Under the pieces are notes generated by a model, which worked only from the letters and a program-made list of their open reading frames with translations, was not told the DNA's origin and made no database searches. Both the position numbers and the translations under genes were made by a program. This document shows, piece by piece, positions 50,667 through 63,510 of a stretch of 64,000 nt of DNA (positions within the stretch are counted from its first letter, which is position 1; each line of letters starts with the position of its first letter). The stretch is taken from NCBI GenBank assembly GCA_038087875.1, contig CM076001.1, forward strand, positions 2,232,001-2,296,000, written 5' to 3'. Origin of the DNA: Malacoraja senta. Its lineage: Eukaryota.

Positions 50667-52520
50667 TTATTTTACACCAGGTTTTCTCGATTTTATTAAG
50701 GTTACAGGTATGGTGAAGGGGAACATGAGTACCCGGAGTAGCTGCACTCTGAACCTCCTCTGGGTCACGGTGTAAATGAGCGTGTTTGTGCAGGTGTTCA
50801 ACAGTTGTAGCATAATTCCAGTTTGTTTAAATGTTACATATGGGTTCTTCAACCCTCTGTACCAAAATGCGTTCGTACATCGATAGAAAACGAAATATGC
50901 CACATTTGTGCCCCAGAGCAGCATAAAGCTGCTGGAAATTGCTAGGAGTAAAATTACGGACCGTCTGCGGTTTGCGATCTCGGGGTCATCACTACTGAGA
51001 TCGCGGAGTTTTTTGCGGACACGACTGGCCACTAAAATGCGCCTGACTGTGAGCACGTTCATCAGCATAATCAAGCAAAAAGGAATGACTGGTATTAGCA
51101 GCTGTTGAGTCCAGGAAAATGCTATCCACGATGGCAGAACATAAAAGGGATATGGTATTCGGCAACCCCACAGAATACCCTGCTGATCCCTGAGATAATA
51201 AGTGTACGCAAATGGCCAGGGAGCGTTCTGTAAACAGAACAACGCAGCTAGGGTCACTATAACCACCACCGCGGTTCTTTCGGTGCAGTATCTGGTTCTC
51301 AGATTTTGAGTGGAAATGGCCACAAAGCGATCAAATGTGAAAGCGACCGTGAGCCAAACCGAACAGGCAACGGCGGCGGGAGCGAGGAACATAATGCACC
51401 TGCACACAGTATTGTGGAATAAGAATGTGTGCGCCCAGTAAACGTCGGCAATCCGATGTAATATCACTTCGCAGACAATCACTGAGAGGTCCACCGCCGC
51501 CATGGCCACCAGGTAACGAGTGGTGCATTTTGAGAGACCACAATTTCTGCGGGACAGTATCACAATCGCCAACAAGTTAACTGGGGGAGTAGAAAAGAGG
51601 AAACTGTCGTTACATGGAAGGAAAACGCGATGCTAATTTGGGGTGGGGGTAAATTTTTGGTACGGTTTGTTTATTTGGTCGAAAACGACTGCTCTACTTG
51701 CAATCCCTCAGTGCGTGCTAAGGAGATGTGCGCATTAGCTATCAGCGGTTTACGCAGGTAGCGTGAGCCCTCTCCCAGCCGCCTTTGATGAACCGCAGAC
51801 TGCATATTGCAGCAGCAGTTCCGCATCAGACGCCATCGTCCTGGACCTAAACCCTTCTCTGTAACAGCCCGGCAGGAAGGAGGCGAACGTTAGATTCCCA
51901 TTTCTCCGCTGGAACACTTGCCTTCAACACTACTCCCATCCAAACACATTGATAAACTCCCGAGCCTCGCGATCAGCACTCCAGCTTGCGAGTGGATAAT
52001 CGACTTTCTAATGAACATACCTTAATCAGTGATAATCAGTGATAACACCCCTTCCACAATAATTCTCAACAACGGTGCCCCATAAAGATGTCTGCTCCGT
52101 CCCCGACACTTCACCCTAAACACTTACGACCCGCGGCCAAATTCGGCTGTAACTGCTCCCACAACTTTCTAGATAATAACAATCTCAACGTCAGTATCAA
52201 CCAGACGAAGGAGCAAGTTATCTATTTCATGAAAAGCGATGGATCACCGGTCACCATCAACGGTGCTGAAGTGGAAGTGGTTGATGATTCCAAGTTCCTC
52301 GGAGTTAATATCACCAACGATAATTCATAGAAGACGGATGCGGTCCAGCATTCCCGTGTTTCGCACTCTATTTGCACTTTACCTTTAACATTGCCTTTAT
52401 CAACACATCATCCCACAAGTCAGTCCCGAATACACGTTCCAATGACCTACCAGGTACTGCGATTGCTGCTAGAATTGGATAATAATAATATTCAGCTGTC
52501 AAATACCACTTCCAACCCAT
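50667..52520 (-). CDS. GPR139-like: Class A GPCR, GPR139/GPR142-like, two coding exons, 327 aa, intact
   Basis: Exon 1 52520-52451 (MGWKWYLTAEYYYYPILAAIAVP, donor GTAGGT); phase-1 intron 52450-51581 ending CTACTCCCCCAG; exon 2 51580-50667 (VNLLAIVILS...LVAMAAVDL...FTFDRFVAI...WGC...TNTLIY). Seven hydrophobic segments. Confidence 0.92.
51880..52325 (+). mobile_element. Degenerate Rex1-type RT fragment inside the GPCR intron
   Basis: Resembles the 13060-13560 RT segment (EWIIDFL, VTINGAEVEVVDDSKFLGVNITND); antisense to the GPCR. Confidence 0.6.
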
Positions 52521-54585
52521 TTCTCCGTCAAGCCGTACCCAGTTATGCCGTTCAAAACTTACAGAAGACAAAGTGAGAAGTCAAACCGCGCTATATTTAT
52601 ATTCCTAGAAAAAAATGAAGGACAGCGTGCGTTCACCTCCCCGCGCACATCCGTTGTGGACCGTTCAACAAATAGGTTGCTCCCTGGTGATTCAAAGCGA
52701 TCAAACTCATTATGCGATCGTTTGCGACTCAGGCACCAGCTGAGTACCAACCGCACAAGGGAAATGTAAGATACGACTGCACATTCTATTTTTAAATTTA
52801 AAGGTGTGACACGAAGATGCAGCAAAATACATGTCATATAGCATTTATCCACACAATCTGCGATATAATATAGTGTTTTATTTGTAGCATTTGTAATGCA
52901 TTTTTCAGACACCGTTCCATTCATTAACATGCACCCATTAATAGTTTGATCCTGGATTCCTCATGCAGCTCCTTTTCAAAAGAAAAGGGAATCATTCTTG
53001 GGCAGCGTTCCAAATGATGTAAGTCACAGGAACCTTCTAGACGACATCTCATACAATTCAGCTACAACAGCAGCATTACTATCTTTCAACTGTTGGCACT
53101 TCATGAAGTAAAGGATATGCAAATATTATGTGTAACGTGGAAACTGACCAGAAATAAATATCGACAAGAAATGTTCTTGATCTACAGGTTATCTTGAAAG
53201 AAATGTGTTAATTCATAAAACGAGAGGTGAATAGATTTTGTTGTTATTCCAGATATTAGGGCGAAATAATCTCAATGCATTGATCCCTTGGAGATATCAA
53301 GAATGTTGATATGCAAGATGATAGAGCCGACTGAATCGGTTAAGGAGAATCTGACCGGCGGTACATGTTTGGGAGTAGATCATTCTGAAGAATGTCGTGA
53401 CCTAAGAAAGAAGTGTCATGTTTTGTGCACTCAAACTAAGCAATTCACAGAAAAAAAACTTTACAGAGCAGTACAGCACAGGAGGAGGGATAGTATTTTT
53501 GTAAATAATTCATTAAGGATCCATTTAAACTAGGGAGTATGCAACTCTCCTCACAAAAAATGGTAATAATATTGGACGGTGTGAATTGTGAGATGGACTG
53601 GATAATGGAGAAGTTTTTTCCCTCTGCAGCGAACAAAACCATGAGGAGTTATGGAGGGTTAAAATTTGACAAGGTGATCAGTTGAGGTATTTTATTTTGT
53701 TCCTCGGATGTAGGTCTCTAAAAGAGGGCAAAAGACTAAAATGAGACGGTAAATATTTGAAGGGACGCAGCGCCAAATCTTCCTGGCGGGCGGGGCAGGT
53801 ATTTTGAACGAACTCTCACTGTAAGTGGCAGTTGCATGTTACACAGCACGGAAAGAGGGCCATTTCTCCATCTTGTTCATAAACTATCTGCTTACAACCA
53901 ATGCGAGTATATTTGAATGTGGATGGTATGGTTTTTTCTTCACTCAGCCAGCTTGCGGTGTGGGCTTATTTCACTGCGGGAGTCCCACGCAGATGGGTAT
54001 AAGTTGAGTTCAAACATCTGGTATAGGACGTAGGCGAGACCGCACGTGCGATGTTCTCCAGATCGCAATATGTTAGCATTGATACCATTAATGTGGGGAG
54101 TGGCAGAGTATTAATGAAAAGGTTTTTGCCAGGACTGGAGAAGTTAAATTCCGAGAGAGACTGTATAGGTCAGGATATTTTATTTCTCTGGAGCGAACGA
54201 TGTTGTGAGTAAACATTTCAAGTTTTGAACGTTATCACGAGAGGCAATATAATCAAGACAGTCGTCGATATGCCGAATTTTCTTCCAAATGAGGAGCAAG
54301 AGAGATTTAGTAACGTTGAAGACTCGGATGTTAACTCCCGAAACTTGCGCCTTGCACAAGCGGAAGGTGACTGGTTGTTCTTCGATCTTCGCATAGAGTT
54401 TTAGTGTCATACAGCGTGAAACATTGTCCTCCGGCCAAAACTACACGCGATGACCAACGTACTCCATCTGCACACCCACCTGCCTACGAGTGGCCCATAT
54501 TCCTCTTAACATATCTTATCCATGTACCTGTCGCAATATTTGTTGAACGTTGTGACAATACCTGCCTCAACTACATCCTTGAAGA

Positions 54586-55910
54586 CTGGACCTTGAAGAT
54601 TGAAAAAAGTGAATTTATTATTGGGAACAAGGAAATGGCAGATGTGTTGAACAGGTACTTTGGATCCGTCTTCACTGAGGAGGACACAAACAAATGTCTT
54701 GATGTAGTCGTGGCCAGAGGATCTGGGGTGACGAAGGAACTGAAGGAAATCCAGATTAGGCATGAAATGGTGTTGTGTAGACTGATGGGACTGACGGCTG
54801 ATGAATCCCCAGGGCCTGATAGTCTGCATCCTAAGGTACTTAAGGAAATGGCTCTAGAAACTGTGGATGCATTGGTGATAATTTTCCAAGGTTCTATAGA
54901 TTCAGGATCAGTTCCTGTGGCTTGGAGGGTAGCTAATGTTATCCCACTTTTAAGAAATGCGGGAGAGAGAAAACAGGGAAATATAGACAAGTTTGCCTGA
55001 CAACGGCGGTTGGGAAGATGCTGGAATCAATTATAAAAGATGAATAGCGGCACATTTGGATAGCAGTAACAGGATCGGTCCGAGCCAGCATGGATTTACG
55101 AAGGGGAAATCATGCTTGACTAATCTTCTGGAATATTATTTAAGGATGGAAGTAGGAAAATGGACAAGGGAGAGCCAGTGAATGTAGTGTCCTGGCCATT
55201 CAGAATACATTTGATACGGTCCCACATAGGAGATTAGTGGGCAAAATTAGGACACATGTTATTGGTGGTAGAGCGGTGGCAGAAATGCTTTCTGAATGTC
55301 CAGGTGCACTTCACCCACTGGCTCTACCTTGTCCATTCTCCTAGTTAAATCCTCAAAAAATTCCAGAAGATTAGTCAAGCATGATTTCCCCTTCGTAAAT
55401 CCATGCTGACTCGGACCGATCCTGTTGCTTCTCTCGAAATGAGCCGCTATTTCATCTTATATAGTTGACTCCAGCATCTTCCCTACCACCTATGTCAGGC
55501 TAACTGATCTATAATTCACTGTTTTCTCTCTCCCGCCTTTCTTAAAAAGTGGGATAACATCAGCTACACTCCAATCCACAGGAACTGATCCTGAATCTAT
55601 AGAACATTGGAAAATGATCACCAATGCATCAACGATATCTAGAATCACTTCCTTAACTACCCTGGGATGCAGATCATAAGGCCCTGCGGATTTATCAGCC
55701 TTCAATCCCATCAGTCTACCCAACACCATTTCCTGCCAATTGTGGAATTCCTTCATTTACTCCGTCACCCCAGATCATCTGGATAGTACATCTGGAAGAT
55801 TGTTTCTATCCTCCTTAGTGAAGACGGATCCAAAGTACCTGTCCAACTCATCTGCCATTTTCTTGTACCCCATAATAAATTGACCCTTTTCAGTCTTCAA
55901 AGGTCCAACT
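54586..55910. mobile_element. Two CR1 RT fragments in inverted (convergent) orientation
   Basis: The plus arm ~54586-55213 (EMADVLNRYFGSVFT...PGPDSLHPKVLKE) and the minus arm ~55910-55292 cover the same CR1 interval. Confidence 0.85.
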
Positions 55911-56769
55911 TTGGTCTTAACTATTTTTTTTCCTCATCACATACCTAAAGAAACTTTTACGATCCTCCTTTATATTTATACTTGTATTTGTTTAGTTTAC
56001 TTTAACTAAACCAAACGAATGTAAACTAACTAAACTAGCACGCTGCACAAACTGGTGACCGGCAGCAAAGCCATTAGTGAATGACTTTGCCAATTCAGCA
56101 AGATGGAGAAACGTAATAAGAACAGCGTGTTTTACAGCCGCAGTTGCTCAGTTGCGCATGGTGGTTGGATTAGCGGGTATTAGGTACAGGGTGAGTTTGG
56201 TCATATTTGGATTTGTATCCCTCTGGAACGTCGGAGATTGCGGGGAGACCTGGTTGAGTTGTGTAAACTTATGAGACCAGTTCCATTGTCAGAACTTTGA
56301 TTTTCCAGAATGGAAAACATTATATACAAGAGGCCACAGCTTTATGGTACGAATGGCAACATTTAAAGAAAATGTGCGGCGCAGTGTTTTACACAAAGTG
56401 TGGCGAGTGCATGGAACGCGCTGCGAGGGCTGATGGTTAAGGCGCATACGATAGTGGAATTTAAAATAATTTTGGATGGAGATATGAATCTGCAGGGAAT
56501 GGAGGGATATCGGTAACGCGCAGGTAGATCGGAGCTGCCCTTGGTATCGGGTCGACACAGACATTGTGAACTAAAAATCAGTTTTTCAACTGATCTACCT
56601 AAATGCTGACCCTAGCACTATGTTTGATTCGGCTATGCTGGCTTCACCTTGCAATAAACGTTGTTCCATTATCATGTATATATAATACTACAAATGGCTC
56701 CAATACAATCAAGTATTGTCTTTCTGCTGACTGGATAGCACGCAACAAAATATTTTCAAAGTTCCAAAA

Positions 56770-57480
56770 CAGACAGAGTCTGGTCCAGGTTTAGGAAGTT
56801 TGGTATTATTTTCGCAATGGCCACAGGAAGACCGAAGAGGTGCAGTGATTATGAACAGTGATTGTGCCTGCTGTTAAACGATTTTTATTTTAATTTTCAG
56901 GCAATGGCTGTACCCTGCATGTATGGCATATGCAGCAGAAGATGCGCCGAATTTGGACCAGCTGCAATATGGCGTAGTTTAATAAAATACAAAATACCGC
57001 AGATACTGAACATGTACAATTGCACAGAAAATAAAAGAAATCTCCAGCGGCAAAGCAGCAGTTAGAAGGCGAAAAAGAAGGTTAATGATAAAGGCTGTTT
57101 ATTTTTCTTCAAAATAGAATTCGCCAGGTGCAATCAGTAAAGTGTATTTGATTGGTGACTGACCGGAGATTGCATAATATTAGCAATAAAATAAAATTAA
57201 TGTACTCAAGAGAGAGTTCGGTCCTAATGTTAAAAAGCAGATTCGATGAATTAAGGCATTGGGGCACTGTCATATTCTGCAGCGTTTCTACAGCTGCACC
57301 TCTGATGTTGCAGATACACATTGACAATGACGGGTTACCGATGATTTATCTGCCCCCAGAAGTTGCGCAACTTCTTTCAACACAGGAATAAAAACAACAG
57401 GTTTAGTCGATTTAGCCAAAGATCAATTTATTACTAAACACTCAAATTATGAATACATAGGAATGTGTTGATCAAGTTAA
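56770..57480 (-). pseudogene. Possible highly decayed GPR139-like GPCR pseudogene
   Basis: Broken frames in the expected order: MCICNIRGAAVETLQNMTV (~VCRCIMFLAPAAVACSVWLTV), FNIRTE (~QNLRTR), VFCILLNYAILQLVQIRRIF (~PFCLIMLMNVLTVRRIL), TSSVFLWP (~SSSFMLLWG). Confidence 0.33.
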
Positions 57481-58856
57481 CCAGGTGAATCTTTCTTCTT
57501 CTTTGAACAACTGTCAACATGAGCAATATGAAACAAACAAGAGATTCTGTTTCAACAATTGTAATTATTCAATGCGAACCAAGGTGCTCTCCGATCAATT
57601 CGAATCAATCTCGCTGATATTTTTGTCTACGATTTAATAGGATTTATGTTAATAACAAAAGAGTTTTTCATCTTTTGTTCTCTCTATCTAAAAAGTACCT
57701 GGAAGAATAAAGAAATGCGACGAAGAAGCCAGAAACATTTCATTATCTTTACTTCCCGTGAAAACACTTTCATCTGCTAGTTACATTTCAGTTACACGAT
57801 AATGTAGCATTGAAAGGAAAACAATCTAACTTCGAGCCGTTTCTGAAGAGAGCGAATTATAGAGTGAACTATAAGACATTGCTTGTGTTTTCTTTAGTTT
57901 AGTTTACAGAGTGAAAACAGTCCCTTCGCTCCATCGCGTCCACGCCGACCAGCAAGTACCCGCACACAGCCTCTCTCCTGCACACAGGAACAATTATAGA
58001 GACCAATTAAACGGCAAACCTGCATGTGTCTCGAATGTGGCCAAAGCGCGGCCAAATGTGATCTAGCCGCAGCCACACCCAGCAGTAGGCAGCTCAACGC
58101 GGACAGAGTATCGCTCGCTAGGCGAGACCTCAATCGCCAATTACTGAGGACCAGCCCGGTATGCCTGGTTCGCCCGCCGCAGACCGAGGACGGAGAACAA
58201 GCGCCTCGCGCGGGCACTCAGCCGGAAGTCCCGGTTCGCCCGCCCACAATGGGAGAAGGCCGACATAGGGCCGGTAAGGAGCCCGGCTGCTGGAGAGAGG
58301 ACCTCGTCGGTGCAGTGGGTTTCTGGAAGCATGAGACGTGTTGCGACGTCAATATAAGCTGTTCTGCGATGTGTTCCATGAATCCAAGAATCTGTGTTCC
58401 AAGAATGAAACTAAAGTGCCCAATGTGTAGCATAGTGTTAGTGTACGGGGATCGCTGGTCAACGTGAAATTGGTGGGCCGAGGGGCCTGTTTCTGTGCTG
58501 TATCTCTAAAACTGAAAACGGAAACATCCCGATGGCCATTTATATCCCAAACGACATTTACTGATGGCAAGGACTACGCATACCTTGTGTATTTTGTTTT
58601 GTATCTTCCCTTGTGCCTCCTTGATTTGTGGACCCGATATGCTAGGCCACAACATTTAGTTAGAGGGAGTTAGATGTGGCACTTGTGGCTAATGGGATCA
58701 GGGGGTATGGAGAGAAAGCAGGTACAGGATACTGAGTTGGATGATCAGCCATGATCATATTGAATGGCGTTGCGGGCTCGAAGGACAGAATGGCCTATTC
58801 CTGCACATATTTTCTATGTTTCTATGTTTCTATGTTTAACCCGACCGCTTCGGTTT

Positions 58857-59686
58857 TGTAGGCAAACACCTGAGACAGTATATAATTTAAACACATCTTT
58901 AATCAGCATCAGACCCAACCATCCCCTCCCTCCACTGAAGGATTAGGCGGAGAGGCTGAGGTGAAAATCGCACGCGAGAGGCTTGTGGTGACCGAGAGGG
59001 GTAACATGCGGTATGTGTAACCCCGTGGTTAGTGGAGACCGAGGGACGTGGGAGGGGGGGTGCAAGGCATGCGGCCACGGGCGTGAGACATTGCGAAAGG
59101 CGGCTGGAACTGGAGCGGCGGAGCATAGGGATCAGCAGGCGGTAGTCGGGGCTCCTTCACAGCAAGCAGATGTTGTCGACTTCTCCGATATACCGCTCCC
59201 TCACAGTCCACAAGGTACGATCGCGGCTCATCAGTCGGGCGTACAACAGTGCCCAGACGAGAATGTCCAGTTGAAGTTCATAGACGGACGACCTGGCCCG
59301 GCAGTAGAGGCTGGAGTGGTCTGCTGGATCTGTCGTATGACCGTTTCTTTGCATCTCGGACAGAAAATAGGGTGACCGTTCCGATCTTTGCCGCAACATT
59401 CTCTACTGTCTTCGTGGGATGGTGTGGGCGCTTAATGGCAGTGTTCAGTTCTTTGGGATTAATGCCACTTCTGACACCATGTAGACAGACACCTGAGAGT
59501 ATATGATTTAAACACATATATAATCAGCACTGTAACTTGGCAGCATTTAAAGACAAGGTGTAGTCACTTCATCCTAGCTGCTCAGACTGACGGTGCTGGG
59601 AATAGGCCTTAGTATAAGTGTTATAGTGGGGTGGAGTTAGTGATGCTGGCTGAGTGTGATTGGTTCACATGCATCATCAATCTACA
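58857..59686 (-). mobile_element. 830-bp internally deleted Gypsy derivative (TRIM-like) related to the 26709-31322 element
   Basis: 5' LTR 59480-59686, PBS TGGTGTCAGAAGTGG (59479-59465), RT piece GINPKEL...VRDAK fused to integrase tail KRSYD...YRRSRQHL, PPT, shortened 3' LTR from 58857; flanks GGTTT and GATTT. Confidence 0.8.
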
Positions 59687-59719
59687 GATTTGCAATTCTC
59701 TCTTGAAGGACATGAAAAC

Positions 59720-60584
59720 ATTAAAAAAATAAACGTTGTTACCAATAACGAATGTCACGCACAACGGAATGCGAGCAAGATGTTGCATGTTTGTTCTGAT
59801 CAACAGCTGGGCATGGTATGACAGAGTTCTGAGGGACAACAGATAGAGAGCGTGCAGAACGTGGCTGCGTGGTTTGAATTAATTTCCAGCAGAACTCTAA
59901 TCTTTGCTTATTGAGTTATAAACTATGGAGGCAAGCCCTTACCATTACTTTGCCCATGCTTAACAATGTTTGCAGACAGAGCCAATCGACGCGCATGGAG
60001 ATGCCATCCTATGTCTCGACCATTCGTCTTCAGATGTGTGCTTGCTTTAGACCATTCAACCTGTAAGTTCGCATTTAGTCCGGTGAGCTGATAATGTACA
60101 GAAAATGTAAGCAGTGGTTGACACTATGGGACACGAACATGTGTGTACGACGATGGTGAGTTCTATAATGAAAGGAGTATACACGTTTTCAGCTAAGATG
60201 GAGTCGTCTACTAACAGCACCACATTTCAAGCAAGCAGGTTCGCTTCTAGATGCTTGGAAACATATTCGGGCTCACTTACAATTGCCACGAAATCACGTG
60301 GCCTCTGAATCACGGCAACAAGAACACCTAGCATGGAGAAAAGGTAAACGTCTCTATTTCAAAGACATTTGAGGCTAGCTCGGTGGATGATATTAATAAA
60401 TAGCATGCATTTTCAGCACTAAGAAGAATGACTAGTTCCAAAATCATAGCCAACTATTATCTGTTGGTTACGGCAGAAGAATGGCATTCTTGGTATATAA
60501 ATCCATGCTATAAGTGAAGTCACCAGACTTCACATCTGGTCGCGATTACTGAAAAGCGCCAGGACCACAAAGGTGAAAATATCC
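59720..60584 (-). pseudogene. Decayed GPR139-like GPCR pseudogene (exon-2 equivalent)
   Basis: Minus-strand fragments in TM order: IFTFVVLALFSNR (TM1), C*KCMLF (TM3 start), RDFVAI, ILAENVYTPF (~CLQNAPWPF), HCLHFLYII (TM5), GQSNGK...KIRVLL (ICL3/TM6), QTCNILL...TTFIF (TM7). Many stops and frameshifts. Confidence 0.55.
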
Positions 60585-61180
60585 CTGTTGCTCGATGGAT
60601 TTCCCGATAATGTTTTGGAGGTGAAAGGAGTGTAAGGTTCGACTTTTATTTACAGGTTTGCAGCATTAAATGTGTAACATAGTGTGCATTTTCTCCGGAG
60701 ATGTTGTTTGACCCAATAATGTCTACATAATGTTATGTATCTTTTTTTAAAGTAGCTTTTGCAGTTCCTTCTTTCTGCACTTGGAATATCATTCTCGAAT
60801 ACAGTTCTGTCAATACTTCAGGAAGGATGATGTTAACTTCGAGTGCGTGCAGAAAATATTTACTGGGATGTTGCCGGGACTCGAAGGATTCCATTCAGAA
60901 CGAAACTGGATTGATCTGAGAACTTCATCCCTTCACTGTACGGGTTCGTGAGGTGACCTTTCATGGTTTATAGTATCACGAGTAGAATAGCTAAAGAGTT
61001 TCATATTTGGCACGGTTCTCCAAACGAGTGCATAAGCCGAAGGAGGGAGGAGAAACATTCAAACACGTCGTGAAGCGCATTTGTTCCCTCACGGTGGATA
61101 TTTAATGTAGAGATACCACGCGGATGCTGGCCCTTCGCCTAATCGAGTCCGCACCCACCAGTGATCACTTCAAACTGCCC

Positions 61181-61396
61181 TAGTGACAATGTTTACATTT
61201 ACACCAAGCCAATTAACCTGTAACCTACATACTCGACTTTTTTGACGTGTTGGGTGAAATCGAAGATCTCGAAGAAAACACACGCAGGTCACGGGTAGAA
61301 TGGACAAACTCAGTACAGACAAATAGCCGTAGTCAGGATCGAACCCGTGTCTCTGGCGCTCCAAGGCAGTAGCTTTACCACTACGCCACGGTGCCG
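61181..61396 (-). mobile_element. HE1-like SINE
   Basis: The reverse complement begins CGGCACCGTGGCGTAGTGGTAAAG with a GGGTTCGATCC B box. Confidence 0.8.
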
Positions 61397-62799
61397 ATAT
61401 GTGTAAGGAAGTGGTCGTAGTCGGCAACGTTACATTACTTAAGATGCATTTGGGCTAATTAATGGTTAAAAAAATTTAGAAGAACATGCGCCAAGTACAG
61501 CCATATGGGACCATTTTAGAAAAGCGCCTTCATTGAAATGGTCAGATTGGCGCTTTGGCGTATCACTATCGTCCATTGTCCGCCAATGGGACATTTGGGA
61601 TGTCGATATCCAGGGAGACCGTTCCATCGGACTGCTCGAACGAAGGCCAGGAGGTTTATTTACCGCTTCCTTTCTGAGAGAGTGATATCCACTGGAATCC
61701 AACATAAAATAGATTGTTTGCAGTTTGGACCGAGGGGCCGTGGGTGGTTCGACGGAGGTGGAAAGAGCGAGAGAAAGAGAGAGGAGCCGAACGTACAGCA
61801 GGATGTGGGGGGCAATAAATCAGAATGAGCTGTGAACAACCGTGAAATTACCCTTGAGCGGAAACCACAGCCCCAGCGAATTCCTCAAATTGAACAACAT
61901 GTACATCGCTATCAACTAAATATCAGGACCCAAGACCCAAATGACAGGATGTGTTTGCCGAATGGTGTAATCGGGATAGTCTGGAGCGAAGAGGATTTGG
62001 GGAGAGAGTACCCAACTCAAATTTGAAGCTATACAAATCTCAGCCGTCATCGGCGGAGAAAATAAATTTAGGGGATTTCACATCTTTTCCTTGCCCTCCC
62101 TGCAGGAGGAATTAAAGCCGGCTCTGAGCAATCCCTCGAATCTCATTCTTGTTACTTACTATTGCAAATCTCTCAATTTCATCTGCCAATCAACTCCAAC
62201 CGATGATACTACCTTCCACGCGGCAATGGCAGATAGATTATCGCCATCCTTCGTGGGAGGACACTGGAGCAGCCGAAGGAAATCGCCCACTATTAGCGGA
62301 ATACACAGTGGCGCGGCTGGTAGAGCTGCTACCTGATAGCTCCAGATAGACGTGTGTGATCCTGAACTCGGGTGCTGCTGGGCAATCTGCATGAGAACGC
62401 GTGTGTTAACTCCGGGTGTCCCGGTTTGAGCCCACGTCCTAAAGGCATGCGGGTTTGTAGGTTGATCAGCCCTCTGAAAATTCCCCCTCGTATGGGGAGA
62501 GTCGTGCGAAACTGAGATAACATGGAAATGGTTGTGGACGGGTAATCGGTGGCGGTGTTGACTCGACGGGGCTGTTTCCATGTAACTCCCACCCGCCACA
62601 CCTCATCCCAATCCCTCCCTGGTTTCTCTCCACTGTGAAACCATTCTCCGAACATCAACTACACTAAATCCTTTACCTGAAATATTAAATGTATGGACGT
62701 TCTCCTCGCCCGTTCATCGCCCCCCAACTTCGTATGGTTCCCCATAGATTTCAACTGGCATGAATTGTGGGAATAGAGCAGGTGTAAAATCAGCTGTTG

Positions 62800-63510
62800 C
62801 ATCTGCAGCAACAAGGAACCGAAAATGCTGGTTTACAATTACAAGAAAGATAATGGAATGTTGGCCTTCATAACAAGAGGATTTCAGTCTGGGAGTAAAG
62901 AGTTTCTTCTGCAGTCGTATAGGGTTCTGGTGAGACCACATCTGGAGTATTGTGTACAGTTTTGGTCTCCTAATTTGAGGAAGGACATCCTTCTGATTGA
63001 GGCAGTGCAGCGTAGGTTCACGAGATTGATCCCTGCGATGGAGGGACTGTCATATGAGGAAAGATTGAAAAGACTAGGCTTGTATTCACTGGAGTTTATA
63101 CGCATGAGGCGGGGGGGGGGGGCTTATAGAAACATATAAAATCATAATAGGACTGGATAAGCCAGATGCAGGAAAATGTCCCCAATGTTGGGCGAGTCCA
63201 GAAGCAAGGGCCACACTCTTAGAATAAAGGGGGAAGCCATTTAAAACTGAGGTGAGAAAAACGTTTTCACCCAGAGAGTTGTAAATTTGTGGAATTTCCT
63301 ACCACAGAGGGTAGTGGAGGCCAAGTCACTGGATGGATTTAAGAGTGAGTTAGATACAGCTCTAGGGGCTAGTGGAATCAAGGGATATGGGGAGAAGGCA
63401 GGCACGGGTTATTGATTGCGGACGATCAGCCATGATCACAGTGAATGGCGATGCTGGCTCGAAGGGCCCAACGGCCTCCTCCTGCTTCTATTTTCTATGT
63501 TTCTATGTTT
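62800..63510 (+). mobile_element. CR1-type LINE 3' fragment
   Basis: VLVRPHLEYCVQFWSPNLRKDILLIEAVQRRFTRLIP...LSYEERLKRLGLYSLE, followed by the 3' UTR and a TCTATGTT tail. Confidence 0.88.
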
